Below, in pieces: positions 51,501 through 64,000 of a stretch of 64,000 nucleotides of DNA; position 1 is the first letter of the stretch, and each line of letters opens with the position of its first letter. The DNA is from the human T2T-CHM13v2.0 reference genome, Homo sapiens. Made by a program: the position numbers and the translations under genes. The notes under the pieces are model-generated. The model was not told the origin of the DNA and did no database searches. It saw nothing but the letters and a program-made list of their open reading frames with translations. The stretch is from NCBI RefSeq assembly GCF_009914755.1, contig NC_060947.1; one strand, given 5' to 3'.

Positions 51501-54500
51501 TTGAGGACAGATATAGTGCAGACTGTGCAACCTTTAGAGTCTGCATTGGGCCTGGGTCTCATTGAGGACAGATAGAGACCAGACTGTGCAACCTTTAGAG
51601 TCTGCACTGGGCCTAGGTCTCATTGAGGACAGATAGAGGGCAGACTGTGCAACCTTTAGAGTCTGCATTGGGCCTAGGTCTCATTGAGGACAGATAGAGA
51701 GCAGACTGTGCAACCTTTAGAGTCTGCACTGGGCCTAGGTCTCATTGAGGGCAGATAGAGACCATACTGTGCAACCTTTAGAATCTGCATTGGGTCTAGG
51801 TCTCACTGAGGAGAGATAGAGAGCAGACTTTGCAAACTTTAGAGTCTGCATTGGGTCTAGGTCTCACTGAGGACTGATAGAGAGCAGACTATGCAACCTT
51901 TAGAGTCTGCACTGGCACTAGGTCTCATTGAGGACAGATACAGAGCAGACTGCGCAAACTTTAGAGTCTGCATTGGGCCTAGGTCTCATTGAGGACAGAT
52001 AGAGAGCACACTGTGTAACCTTTAGAGTCTGCATAGGGCCTCGGTCTCTATGAGGACCGATAGAGAGCAGACTGTGCAACCTTTAGAGTCTGCATTGGGC
52101 CTGGGTCTCATTGAGGACAAATAGAGAGCAGACTGTGCAACCTTTAGAGTCTGCATTGGGCCTAGGTCTCATTGAGGAGAGATGGAGAGCAGACTGTGCA
52201 ACCTTTAGAGTCTGCATTGGGCCTAGGTCTCATTGAGAGCAGATAGAGAGCAGAGTGTGCAACCTTTAGAGTCTGCATTGGGCCTAGGTCTCATTGAGGG
52301 CAGATAGAGACCAGACTGTGCAACCTTTAGAGTCTGCATTGGGCCTAGGTCTCATTGAGAGCAGATAGAGAGCAGACTGTGCAACCTTTAGAGTCTGCAT
52401 TGAGCCTAGGTCTCATTGAGGAGAGATAGAGAGCAGACTGTGCAACCTTTAGAGTCTGCATTGGGCCTAGGTCTCATTGAGGACAGATGGAGAGCACACT
52501 GTGCAACCTTTAGAGTCCGCATTGGGCCTAGGTGTCATTGAGGACAGATAGAGACCAGACTGTGCAACCTTTAGAGTCTGCATTGGGCCTAGGTCTCCTT
52601 GAGGTCAGATAGACAGCAGACTCTGCAACCTTTAGAGTCTGCATTGGGCCTAGGTCTAATTGCGGACAGATAGACAGCAGACTGTGCAACGTTTAGAGTC
52701 TGCATTGGGCCTAGGTCTAATTGCGGACAGATAGAGAGCAGACTATGCAACGTTTAGAGTCTGCATTGGGCCTGGGTCTCATTGAGGACAGATAGAGAGC
52801 AGACTGTGCAACCTTTAGAGTCTCTATTGGGCCTAGGTCTCATTGAGGACAGATAGGGAGCGGACTGTGCAACCTTTAGAGTCTGCATTGGGCCTAGGTC
52901 TCATTGACGGCAGACAGAGAGCAGGCTCGGCAACCCTTAGAGTCTGCATTGGGCCTAGATCTCATTGAGGACAGATAGAGAGCATACTATGCAACCTTTA
53001 GAGTCTGCACTGGGCTTAGTTCTCATTGAGGAAACATAGAGAGCAGACTGTGCAACCTTTAGAGTCTGCATTAGGCCTATGTCTCATTGAGGACAGTTAG
53101 AGAGCAGACTGTGCTACCTTTAGAGTCTGCATTTGGCCTAGGTCTCATTGAGTACAGAAAGAGACCAGAGTGTGCAACCTTTAGAGTCTGCATTGGGCCT
53201 GGGTCTCATTGAGGACAGATAGAGAGGAGACTGTAGAACCTTTATAGTCTGCATTGGGCCTAGGTCTCATTGAGGTCAGATAGGGAGCAGACTGGGCAAG
53301 CTTTAGAGTCTGCACTTGGCCTAGGTCTCATTGAGGACAGATAGAGAACAGACTGTGCAACCTTTAGAGTCTGCATTGGGCCTAGGTCTCATTGAGGGCA
53401 GTTAGAGAGCAGACTGTGCAACCTTTAGAGTCTGCATTGGGCCTAGGTCTCATTGAGAGCAGATAGAGAGCACACTGTGCAACCTCTAGAGTCGGCATTG
53501 GGCCTAGGTCTCATTGAGGACAGATAGAGACCAGACTGTGCAAACTTTAGAGTCTGCATTGGGCCTAGGTCTCATTGAGGACAGATACAGGGCAGACTGT
53601 GCAACCTTTAGAGTCTGCATTGGGCCTAGGTCTCATTGAGGTCAGATAGAGAGCAGACTGTGCAACCTTTAGAGTCTGCACTGGGCCTAGGTCTCATTGA
53701 GGGCAGATAGAGACCATACTGTGCAACCTTTAGAGTCTGCATTGGGTCTAGGTCTCACTGAGGAGAGATAGAGAGCAGACTTTGCAAACTTTAGAGTCTG
53801 CATTAGGTCTAGGTCTCACTGAGGACTGATAGAGAGCAGATTATGCAACCTTTAGAGTCTGCACTGGCCCTAGGTCTCATTGAGGACAGATAGAGAGCAG
53901 ACTGCGCAAACTTTAGAGTCTGCATTGGGCCTAGGTCTCATTGAGGACAGATAGAGAGCACACTGTGTAACCTTTAGAGTCTGCATAGGGCCTCGGTCTC
54001 ATTGAGGACCGATAGAGAGCAGACTGTGCCACCTTTAGAGTCTGCATTGGGCCTGGGTCTCATTGAGGAGAAATAGAGAGCAGACTGTGCAACCTTTAGA
54101 GTCTGCATTGGGCCTAGGTCTCATTGAGGACAGATGGAGAGCAGACTGTGCAACCTTTAGAGTCTGCATTGGGCCTAGGTCTCATTGAGGGCACATAGAG
54201 AGCAGACTGTGCAACCTTTAGAGTCTGCATTGGGCCTAGGTCTCATTGAGAGAAGATAGAGAGCATACAGTGCAACCTTTAGAGTCGGCATTGGGCCTAG
54301 GTCTCATTGAGGACAGATAGAGACCAGACTGTGAAACCTTTAGAGTCTGCATTGGGCCTAGGTCTCATTGAGGACAGATAGAGAGCAGAGTAGGCAACCA
54401 TTAGAGTCGGCACTGGTCCTAGGTCTCATTGAGGACAGATATAGAGCAGACTGTGCAACCTTTAGAGTCTGCATTGGGCCTGGGTCTCATTGAGGACAGA

Positions 54501-57500
54501 TAGAGAGCAGACTGTGCAACCTTTAGAGGCTGCACTGGGCCTAGGTCTCATTGAGGACAGATAGAGGGCAGACTGTGCAACCTTTAGAGTCTGCATTGGG
54601 CCTAGGTCTCATTGAGGACCGATAGAGAGCAGACTGTGCAACCTTTAGAGTCTGCACTGGGCCTAGGTCTCATTGAGGGCAGATAGAGACCATACTGTGC
54701 AACCTTTAGAGTCTGCATTGGGCCTAGGTCTCACTGAGGAGAGATAGAGAGCACACTGTGTAACCTTTAGAGACTGCATAGGGCCTCGGTCTCATTGAGG
54801 ACCGATAGAGAGCAGACTGTGCCACCTTTAGAGTCTGCATTGGGCCTGGGTCTCATTGAGGACAAATAGAGAGCAGACTGTGCAACCTTTAGAGTCTGCA
54901 TTGGGCCTAGGTCTCATTGAGGACAGATGGAGAGCAGACTGTGCAACCTATAGAGTCTGCATTGGGCCTAGGTCTCATTGAGGACAGATGGAAAGCAGAC
55001 TGTGCAACCTTTAGAGTCTGCATTGGACCTAGGTCTCATTGAGGACAGATAGAGAGCAGACTATGCAAACTTTAGAGGCTGGACTGAGCCTAGGTCTCAT
55101 TGAGGACAGATAGAGAGCAGACTGTGCAACCTTTACAGTCTGCATTGGGCCTGGGCCTCATTCAGGACAGATAGAGACCAGACTGCGCAACCTTTAGAGT
55201 CTGCATTGGGCCTAGGTCTCATTGAGAGTAGATAGAGAGCAGACTGTGCAACCTTTAGAGTCTACATTGGGCCTAGGTCTCATTGAGGGCAGATAGAGAG
55301 CAGACTGTGCAACCTTTAGAGTCTGCACTTGGCCTAGGTCTCATTGAGGACACATAGAGAGCAGACTGTGCAACCTTTAGAGTCTGCATTGGGCCTAGGT
55401 CTCGTTGAGGGCAAATAGAGAGCAGACTGTGCAAACTTTAGAGTTTGCATTGGGCCTAGGTCTCATTGAGGAGAGATAGAGAGCAGACTGTGCAACCTTT
55501 AGAGTCTGCATTGGGCCTAGGTCTCATTGAGGACAGATGGAGAGCACACTGTGCAACCTTTAGAGTCCGCATTGGGCCTAGGTCTCATTGAGGACAGATA
55601 GAGACCAGACTGTGCAACCTTTAGTGTTTGCATTGGGCCTAGGTCTCATTGAGGGCAGATAGAGAGCAGAATGTGCAACCCTTAGAGTCTGCATTGGGCC
55701 TAGGTCTCATTGAGGACAGATAGAGAGCAGACTGTGCAACCTTTAGAGTCTGCACTGGGCCTAGGTCTCTTTGAGGACAGACAGAGAGCAGACTGTGCAA
55801 ACTTTAGAGTCTGCACTGGGCCTAGGTCTCATTGAGGACACATAGAGAGCAGACTGTGCAACCTTTAGAGTCTGCATTGGGCCTATGTCTCATTGAGGAC
55901 AGTTAGAGAGCAGACTGTGCAAACTTTAGAGTCTGCATTTGGCCTACGTCTCATTGAGGACAAAAAGAGACCAGAGTGTGCAACCTTTAGAGTCGGCATT
56001 GGGACTCGGTCTCATTGAGGACAGATAGAGAGCAGACTGTAGAACCTTCATAGTCTGCATTGGGCCTAGGTCTCATTGAGGTCAGATAGAGAGCAGACTG
56101 TGCAAGCTTTAGAGTCTGCACTTGGCCTAGGTCTCATTGAGGACAGATAGAGAGCAGACTGTGCAAACTTTAGAGTCTGCATTGGGCCTAGGTCTCATTG
56201 AGGGCAGATAGAGACCAGACTATGCAACGTTTAGAGTCTGCATTGGGCCTAGGTGTCATTGAGGGCAGTTAGAGAGCAGACTGTGCAACCTTTAGAATCT
56301 GCATTGGGCCTAGGTCTCATTGAGAGCAGATAGAGAGCACACTGTGCAAACTTTAGAGTCGGCATTGGGCCTAGGTCTCATTGAGGACAGATAGAGACCG
56401 GACTGTGCAACCTTTAGAGTCTGCATTGGGCCTAGGTCTCATTGAGGACAGATAGAGAGCACACTAGGCAACCATTAGAGTCCGCACTGGTCCTAGGTCT
56501 CATTGAGGACAGATATAGAGCAGACTGTGCAACCTTTAGAGTCTGCATTGGGCCTGGGTCTCATTGAGGACAGATAGCGACCAGACTGTACAACCTTTAG
56601 AGTCTGCATTGGGCTTAGGTCTCATTGAGGGCAGTTAGAGAGCAGACTGTGCAACCTTTAGAGTCTGCATTGGGCCTAGGTCTCATTGAGAGCAGATAGA
56701 GAGCACACTGTGCAACCTCTAGAGTCGGCATTGGGCCTAGGTCTCATTGAGGACAGATAGAGACCAGACTGTTGAAACTTTAGAGGCTGCATTGGGCCTA
56801 GGTCTCATTGAGGACAGATAGAGGGCAGACTGTGCAACCTTTAGAGTCTGCAATGGACCTAGGTCTCATTGAGGACAGATACGGAGCAGACTGTGCAAAC
56901 TTTAAAGTCTGCACTGAGCCTAGGTCTCATTGAGGGCAGATAGAGACCAGACTGTGCAACCTTTAGAGTCTGCATTGGGTCTAGGTCTCACTGAGGCGAG
57001 ATAGAGAGCAGACTTTGCAAACTTTAGAGTCTCCATTGGGTCTAGGTCTCACTGAGGACTGATAGGAGCAGACTATGCAACCTTTAGAGTCTGCACTGGC
57101 CCTAGGTCTCATTGAGGACAGATAGAGAGCAGACTGCGCAAACTTTAGAGTCTGCATTGGGCCTAGGTCTCACTGAGGACAGATAGAGAGCACACTGTGT
57201 AACCTTTAGAGTCTGCATAGAGCCTCGGTCTCATTGAGGACAGATAGAGAGCAGACTGTGCAACCTTTAGAGTCTCTATTGGGCCTAGATCTCATTGAGG
57301 ACAGATAGGGAGCGGACTGTGCAACCTTTAGAGTCTGCATTGGGCCTAGGTCTCATTGAGGGCAGATAGAGAGCAGGCTCGGCAACCCTTAGAGTCTGCA
57401 TTGGGCCTAGATCTTATTGAGGACAGATAGAGAGCATACTATGCAACCTTGAGAGTCTGCACTGGGCCTAGGTCTCATTGAGGACACATAGAGAGCAGAC

Positions 57501-60500
57501 TGTGCAACCTTTAGAGTCTGCATTGGGCCTATGTCTCATTGAGGACAGTTAGAGAGCAGACTGTGCAACCTTTAGAGTCTGCATTTGGCCTAGGTCTCAT
57601 TGAGGACAGAAAGAGACCAGAGTGTGCAACCTTTAGAGTTTGCATTGGGCCTAGGTCTCATTGAGGACAGATAGAGAGCAGACTGTAGAACCTTTATAGT
57701 CTGCATTGGGCCTAGGTCTCATTGAGGTCAGATAGAGAGCAGACTGTGCAAGCTTTAGAGTCTACACTTGGCCTAGGTCTCATTGAGGACAGATAGAGAA
57801 CAGACTGTGCAACCTTTAGAGTCTGCATTGGGCCTAGGTCTCATTGAGGGCAGTTAGAGAGCAGACTGTGCAACCTTTAGAGTCTGCATTGGGCCTAGGT
57901 CTCATTGAGAGCAGATAGAGAGCACACTGTGCAACCTCTAGAGTCGGCATTGGGCCTAGGTCTCATTGAGGACAGATAGAGACCAGACTGTGCAAACTTT
58001 AGAGTCTGCATTGGGCCTAGGTCTCATTGAGGACAGATAGAGGGCAGACTGTGCAACGTTTAGAGTCTGCATTGGGCCTAGGTCTCATTGAGGACAGATA
58101 GAGAGCAGACTGTGAAACCTTTAGAGTCTGCACTGGGCCTAGGTCTCATTGAGGGCAGATAGAGACCATACTGTGCAACCTTTAGAGTCTGCATTGGGTC
58201 TAGGTCTCACTGAGGAGAGATAGAGAGCAGACTTTGCAAACTTTAGAGTCTACATTAGGTCTACGTCTCACTGAGGACTGATAGAGAGCAGACTATGCAA
58301 CCTTTAGAGTCTGCACTGGCCCTAGGTCTCATTGAGGACACATAGAGAGCAGACTGCGCAAACTTTAGAGTTTGCATTGGGCCTAGGTCTCACTGAGGAC
58401 AGATAGAGAGCACACTGTGTAACCTTTAGAGTCTGCGTAGGGCCTCGGTCTCATTGAGGACCGATAGAGAGCAGACTGTGCCACCTTTAGAGTCTGCATT
58501 GGGCCTGGGTCTCATGGAGGAGAAATAGAGAGCAGACTGTGCAACCTTTAGAGTCTGCATTGGGCCTAGGTCTCATTGAGGACAGATGGAGAGCAGACTG
58601 TGCAACCTTTAGAGTCTGCATTGGGTCTATGTCTCATTGAGGGCAGATAGAGACCAGACTGTGCAACCTTTAGAGTTTGCATTGGGCCTAGGTCTCATTG
58701 AGGGCAGATAGAGAGCAGACTGTGCCACCTTTAGAGTCTACATTGGGCCTAGGTCTCATTGAGGACAGATAGAGAGCAGACTGTGCAACCTTTATAGTCT
58801 GCACTGGGCCTAGGTCTCTTTGAGGACAGACAGAGAGCAGACTGTGCAAACTTTAGAGTCTGCACTGGGCCTAGGTGTCATTGAGGACAGATAGAGACCA
58901 GACTGTGCAACCTTTAGAGTCTGCATTGGGCCTAGGTCTCCTTGAGGTCAGATAGGCAGCAGACTGTGCAACCTTTAGAGTCTGCATTGGGTCTAGGTCT
59001 AATTGCGGACAGATGGAGAGCAGACTATGCAAAGTTTACAGTCTGCATTGGGCCTGGGTCTCATTGAGGACAGATAGAGAGCAGACTGTGCAACCTTTAG
59101 AGTCTCTATTGGGCCTAGGTCTCATTGAGGACAGATAGAGAGCAGACTGTGCAACCTTTAGAGTCTGCATTGGGCCTAGGTCTCATTGAGGGCAGATAGA
59201 GAGCAGGCTCGGCAACCCTTAGAGTCTGCGTTGGGCTTAGATCTCATTGAGGACAGATAGAGAGCATACTATGCAACCTTTAGAGTCTGCACTGGGCCTA
59301 GGTCTCATTGAGGACACATAGAGAGCAGACTGTGGAACCTTTAGAGTCTGCATTGGGCCTATGTCTCAATGAGGACAGTTAGAGAGCAGACTGTGCAACC
59401 TTTAGAGTCTGCATTGGGCCTAGGTCTCATTGAGGACAGATAGAGAGCAGACTGTAGAACCTTTATAGTCTGCATTGGGCCTAGGTCTCATTGAGGTCAG
59501 ATAGAGAGCAGACTGTGCAAGCTTTAGAGTCTGCACTTGGCCTAGGTCTCATTGAGGACAGATAGAGAGCAGACTGTGCAACCTTTAGAGTCTGCATTGG
59601 GCCTAGGTGTCATTGAGGGCAGATAGAGACCAGACTATGCAACGTTTAGAGTCTGCATTGGGCCTAGGTGTCATTGAGGGCAGTTAGAGAGCAGACTGTG
59701 CTACCTTTAGAGTCTGCATTAGGCCTAGGTCTCATTGAGAGCAGATAGAGAGCACACTGTGCAAACTTTAGAGTCGGCATTGGGCCTAGGTCTCATTGAG
59801 GACAGATAGAGACCGGACTGTGCAACCTTTAGAGTCTGCATTGGGCCTAGGTCTCATTGAGGACAGATAAAGAGCAGACTAGGCAACCATTAGAGTCGGC
59901 ACTGGTCCTAAGTCTCATTGAGGACAGATATAGAGGAGACTGTGTAACCTTTAGAGTCTGCATTGGGCCTGGGTCTCATTGAGGACAGATAGCGACCAGA
60001 CTGTGCAACCTTTAGAGTCTGCATTGGGTCTAGGTCTCATTGAGGGCAGTTAGAGAGCAGACTGTGCCACCTTTAGAGTCTGCATTGGGCCTAGGTCTCA
60101 TCGACAGCAGATAGAGAGCACACTGTGCAACCTCTAGAGTCGGCATTGGGCCTAGGTCTCATTGAGGACAGATAGAGACCAGACTGTTAAAACTTTAGAG
60201 TCTGCATTGGGCCTAGGTCTAATTGAGGACAGATAGAGGGCAGACTGTGCAACCTTTAGAGTCTGCATTGGGCCTAGGTCTCATTGAGGACAGATACAGA
60301 GCAGACTGTGCAAACTTTAAAGTCTGCACTGAACCTAGGTCTCATTGAGGGCAGATAGAGACCATAATGTGCAACCTTTAGAGTCTGCATTGGGTCTAGG
60401 TCTCACTGAGGAGAGATAGAGAGCAGACTTTGCAAACTTTAGAGTCTCCATTGGGTCTAGGTCTCACTGAGGACTGATAGAGAGCAGACTATGCAACCTT

Positions 60501-63500
60501 TAGAGTCTGCACTGGCCCTAGGTCTCATTGAGGACACATAGAGAGCAGACTGCGCAAACTTTAGAGTCTGCATTGGGCCTAGGTCTCACTGAGGACAGAT
60601 AGAGAGCACACTGTGTAACCTTTAGAGTCTGCATAGGGCCTCGGTCTCATTGAGGACCGATAGAGAGCAGACTGTGCCACCTTTAGAGTCTGCATTGGGC
60701 CTGGGTCTCATTGAGGACAAATAGAGAGCAGACTGTGCAACCTTTAGAGTCTGCATTGGGCCTAGGTCTCATTGAGGACAGATAGAGAGCAGACTGTGCA
60801 ACCTTTAGAGTCTGCATTGGGCCTAGGTCTCATTGAGGGCAGATAGAGAGCAGACTGTGCAACCTTTAGAGTCTGCACTGGGCCTAGGTCTCATCGAGGA
60901 CAGATAGAGAGCAGACTGTGCAACCTTTAGAGTCTGCATTGGACCTAGGTCTCATTGAGGACAGATAGAGAGCAGACTATGCAAACTTTACAGTCTGCAC
61001 TGGGCCTAGGTCTCATTGAGGACAGATAGAGACCAGAGTGTGCAACCTTTAGAGTCTGCATTGGGCCTAGGTCTCATTGAGGACAGACAGAGAGCAGACT
61101 GTAGAACCTTTATAGTCTGCATTGGGCCTAGGTCTCATTGAGGTCAGATAGAGAGCAGACTGTGCAAGCTTTAGAGTCTGCACTTGGCCTAGGTCTCATT
61201 GAGGACAGATAGAGAGCAGACTGTGCAACCTTTAGAGTCTGCATTGGGCCTAGGTCTCATTGAGGACAGATAGAGACCAGACTGTGCAACCTTTATAGTC
61301 TGCACTGGGCCTAGGTCTCATTGAGGAGAGATAGAGAGCAGACTGCGCAACCTTTAGAGTCTTCATTGGGCCTAGGTCTCATTGAGGGCAGATAGAGACC
61401 AGAGTGTTCAACCTTTAGAGTCTGCATTGGGCCTAGGTCTCATTGAGGACAGATAGAGAGCAGACTGTAGAAACTTTATAGTCTGCATTGGGCCTAGGTC
61501 TCATTGAGGTCAGATAGAGAACAGACTGTGCAAGCTTTAGAGTCTGCACTTGGCCTAGGTCTCATTGAGGACAGATAGAGAACAGACTGTGCAACCTTTA
61601 GAGTCTGCACTAGGCCTAGGTCTCATTGAGGACAGATAGAGAGCAGACTGTGCAACCTTTAGAGTCTGCATTGGACCTAGGTCTCATTGAGGACAGATAG
61701 AGAGCAGACTATGCAAACTTTAGAGGCTGCACTGAGCCTAGGTCTCATTGAGGACAGATAGAGAGCAGACTGTGCAACCTTTACAGTCTGCATTGGGTCT
61801 GGGCCTCATTCAGGACAGATAGAGACCAGACTGTGCAACCTTTAGAGTCTGCATTGGGCCTAGGTCTCATTGAGAGCAGATAGAGAGCAGACTGTGCAAC
61901 CTTTAGAGTCTGCATTGGGCCTAGGTCTCATTGAGGGCAGATAGAGAGCAGACTGTGCAAACTTTAGAGTCTGCATTGGGCCTAGGTCTCATTGAGGAGA
62001 GATAGAGAGCAGACTGTGCAACCTTTAGAGTCTGCATTGGGCCTAGGTCTCATTGAGGACAGATGGAGAGCACACTGTGCAACCTTTAGAGTCCGCATTG
62101 GGCCTAGGTCTCATTGAGGACAGATAGAGACCAGACTGTGCAACTTTAGAGTCTGCATTGGGCCTAGGTCTCATTGAGGGCAGATAGAGAGCAGACTGTG
62201 CAACCTTTAGAGTCTGCACTGGGCCTAGGTCTCATTGAGGACAGATAGAGAGCAGACTGTGCAACCTTTAGAGTCTGCACTGTGCCTAGGTCTCTTTGAG
62301 GACAGACAGAGAGCAGACTGTGCAAACTTTAGAGTCTGCACTGGGCCTAGGTGTCATTGAGGACAGATAGAGACCAGACTGTGCAACCTTTAGAGTCTGC
62401 ATTGGGCCTAAGTCTCCTTGAGGTCAGATAGACAGCAGACTGTGCAACCTTTAGAGTCTGCATTGGGCCTAGGTCTAATTGCGGACAGACAGAGAGCAGA
62501 CTATGCAACGTTTAGAGTCTGCATTGGGCCTGGGTCTCATTGAGGACAGATAGAGTGCAGACTGTGCAACCTTTAGAGTCTCTATTGGGCCTAGGTCTCA
62601 TTGAGGACAGATAGAGAGCGGACTGTGCAACCTTTAGAGTCTGCATTGGGCCTAGGTCTCATTGAGGGCAGATAGAGAGCAGGCTCGGCAACCCTTAGAG
62701 TCTGCATTGGGCTTAGATCTCATTGAGGACAGATAGAGAGCATACTATGCAACCTTTAGAGTCTGCACTGGGCCTAGGTCTCATTGAGGACACATAGAGA
62801 GCAGACTGTGCAACCTTTAGAGTCTGCATTGGGCCTATGTCTCATTGAGGACAGTTAGAGAGCAGACTGTGCAACCTTTAGAGTCTGCATTTGGCCTAGG
62901 TCTCATTGAGGACAGAAAGAGACCAGAGTGTGCAACCTTTAGAGTCTGCATTGGGCCTAGGTCTCATTGAGGACAGATAGAGAGCAGACTGTAGAACCTT
63001 TATAGTCTGCATTGGGCCTAGGTCTCATTGAGGTCAGATAGAGAGCAGACTGTGCAAGCTTTAGAGTCTGCACTTGGCCTAGGTCTCATTGAGGACAGAT
63101 AGAGAGCAGACTGTGCAACCTTTAGAGTCTGCATTGGGCCTAGGTCTCATTGAGGGCAGATAGAGACCAGACTATGCAACGTTTAGAGTCTGCATTGGGC
63201 CTAGGTGTCATTGAGGGCAGTTAGAGAGCAGACTGTGCTACCTTTAGAGTCTGCATTGGGCCTAGGTCTCATTGAGAGCAGATAGAGAGCACACTGTGCA
63301 AACTTTAGAGTCGGCATTGGGCCTAGGTCTCATTGAGGACAGATAGAGACCGGACTGTGCAACCTTTAGAGTCTGCATTGGGCCTAGGTCTCATTGAGGA
63401 CAGATAAAGAGCAGACTAGGCAACCATTAGAGTCGGCACTTTTCCTAGGTCTCATTGAGGACAGATATAGAGCAGACTGTGCAACCTTTAGAGTCTGCAT

Positions 63501-64000
63501 TGGGTCTGGGTCTCATTGAGGACAGATAGCGACCAGACTGTGCAACCTTTAGAGTCTGCTTTGGGCTTAGGTCTCATTGAGGGCAGTTAGAGAGCAGACT
63601 GTGCAACCTTTAGAGTCTGCATTGGGTCTAGGTCTCATTGAGAGCAGATAGAGAGCACACTGTGCAACCTCTAGAGTCGGCATTGGGCCTAGGTCTCATT
63701 GAGGACAGATAGAGACCAGACTGTTAAAACTTTAGAGTCTGCATTGGGCCTAGGTCTCATTGAGGACAGATAGAGGGCAGACTGTGCAACCTTTAGAGTC
63801 TGCATTGGTCCTAGGTCTCATTGAGGACAGATAGAGAGCAGACTGCGCAAACTTTAGAGTCTGCATTGGGCCTAGGTCTCACTGAGGACAGATAGAGAGC
63901 ACACTGTGTAACCTTTAGAGTCTGCATAGGGCCTCGGTCTCATTGAGGACCGATAGAGAGCAGACTGTGCAACCTTTAGAGTCTGCATTGGGCCTGGGTC
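18505..64000. repeat. 61-bp tandem satellite/minisatellite (DXYS20-like), about 745 monomers, runs off the window end
   Basis: Consensus GGGCCTAGGTCTCATTGAGGACAGATAGAGAGCAGACTGTGCAACCTTTAGAGTCTGCATT (61 nt), head-to-tail with no inserted elements seen. Confidence 0.98.

Noticed and set aside
18505-64000. CRISPR-like array (palindromic repeats at regular spacing)
   Set aside because: Monomers are head-to-tail with no unique spacers, there are no cas genes, and the context is primate telomeric DNA.

Overview
This window is not prokaryotic and has no credible protein-coding gene. It is a primate chromosome end that I recognise as the human Xp/Yp pseudoautosomal (PAR1) terminus. The evidence is the (CCCTAA)n tract fused directly to an LTR12 remnant with no TAR1, matches to Xp/Yp STELA primer sites as I recall them, and the DXYS14-like and DXYS20-like repeats. 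Layout: telomere with a proximal TCAGGG variant block (1-1827); truncated LTR12 (1828-2217); a ~64-bp minisatellite; an LTR6-like fragment; and a local direct duplication (4065-6666 vs ~7510-12125). Each copy of the duplication carries an LTR2-family LTR, a short interstitial telomere seed, a GC-rich ~31-bp minisatellite, a 10-bp-phased TGACG array and a CpG island. Then come a 17-bp minisatellite, a MaLR/L1/Alu/LTR2 nest (13.3-18.0 kb), and a >45-kb 61-bp satellite (~18.5 kb to the window end) with multi-tier higher-order structure. The ORF track reflects repeat-derived or GC-rich open frames. The most interesting signals are non-coding: the duplicated phased TGACG/CpG-island module (a candidate TERRA or subtelomeric promoter), the telomere-capped LTR12 promoter, microhomology-bounded deletions in the distal duplicate, and the satellite's variant-monomer hierarchy. 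Repeat family names come from memory of consensus sequences, not from a search.
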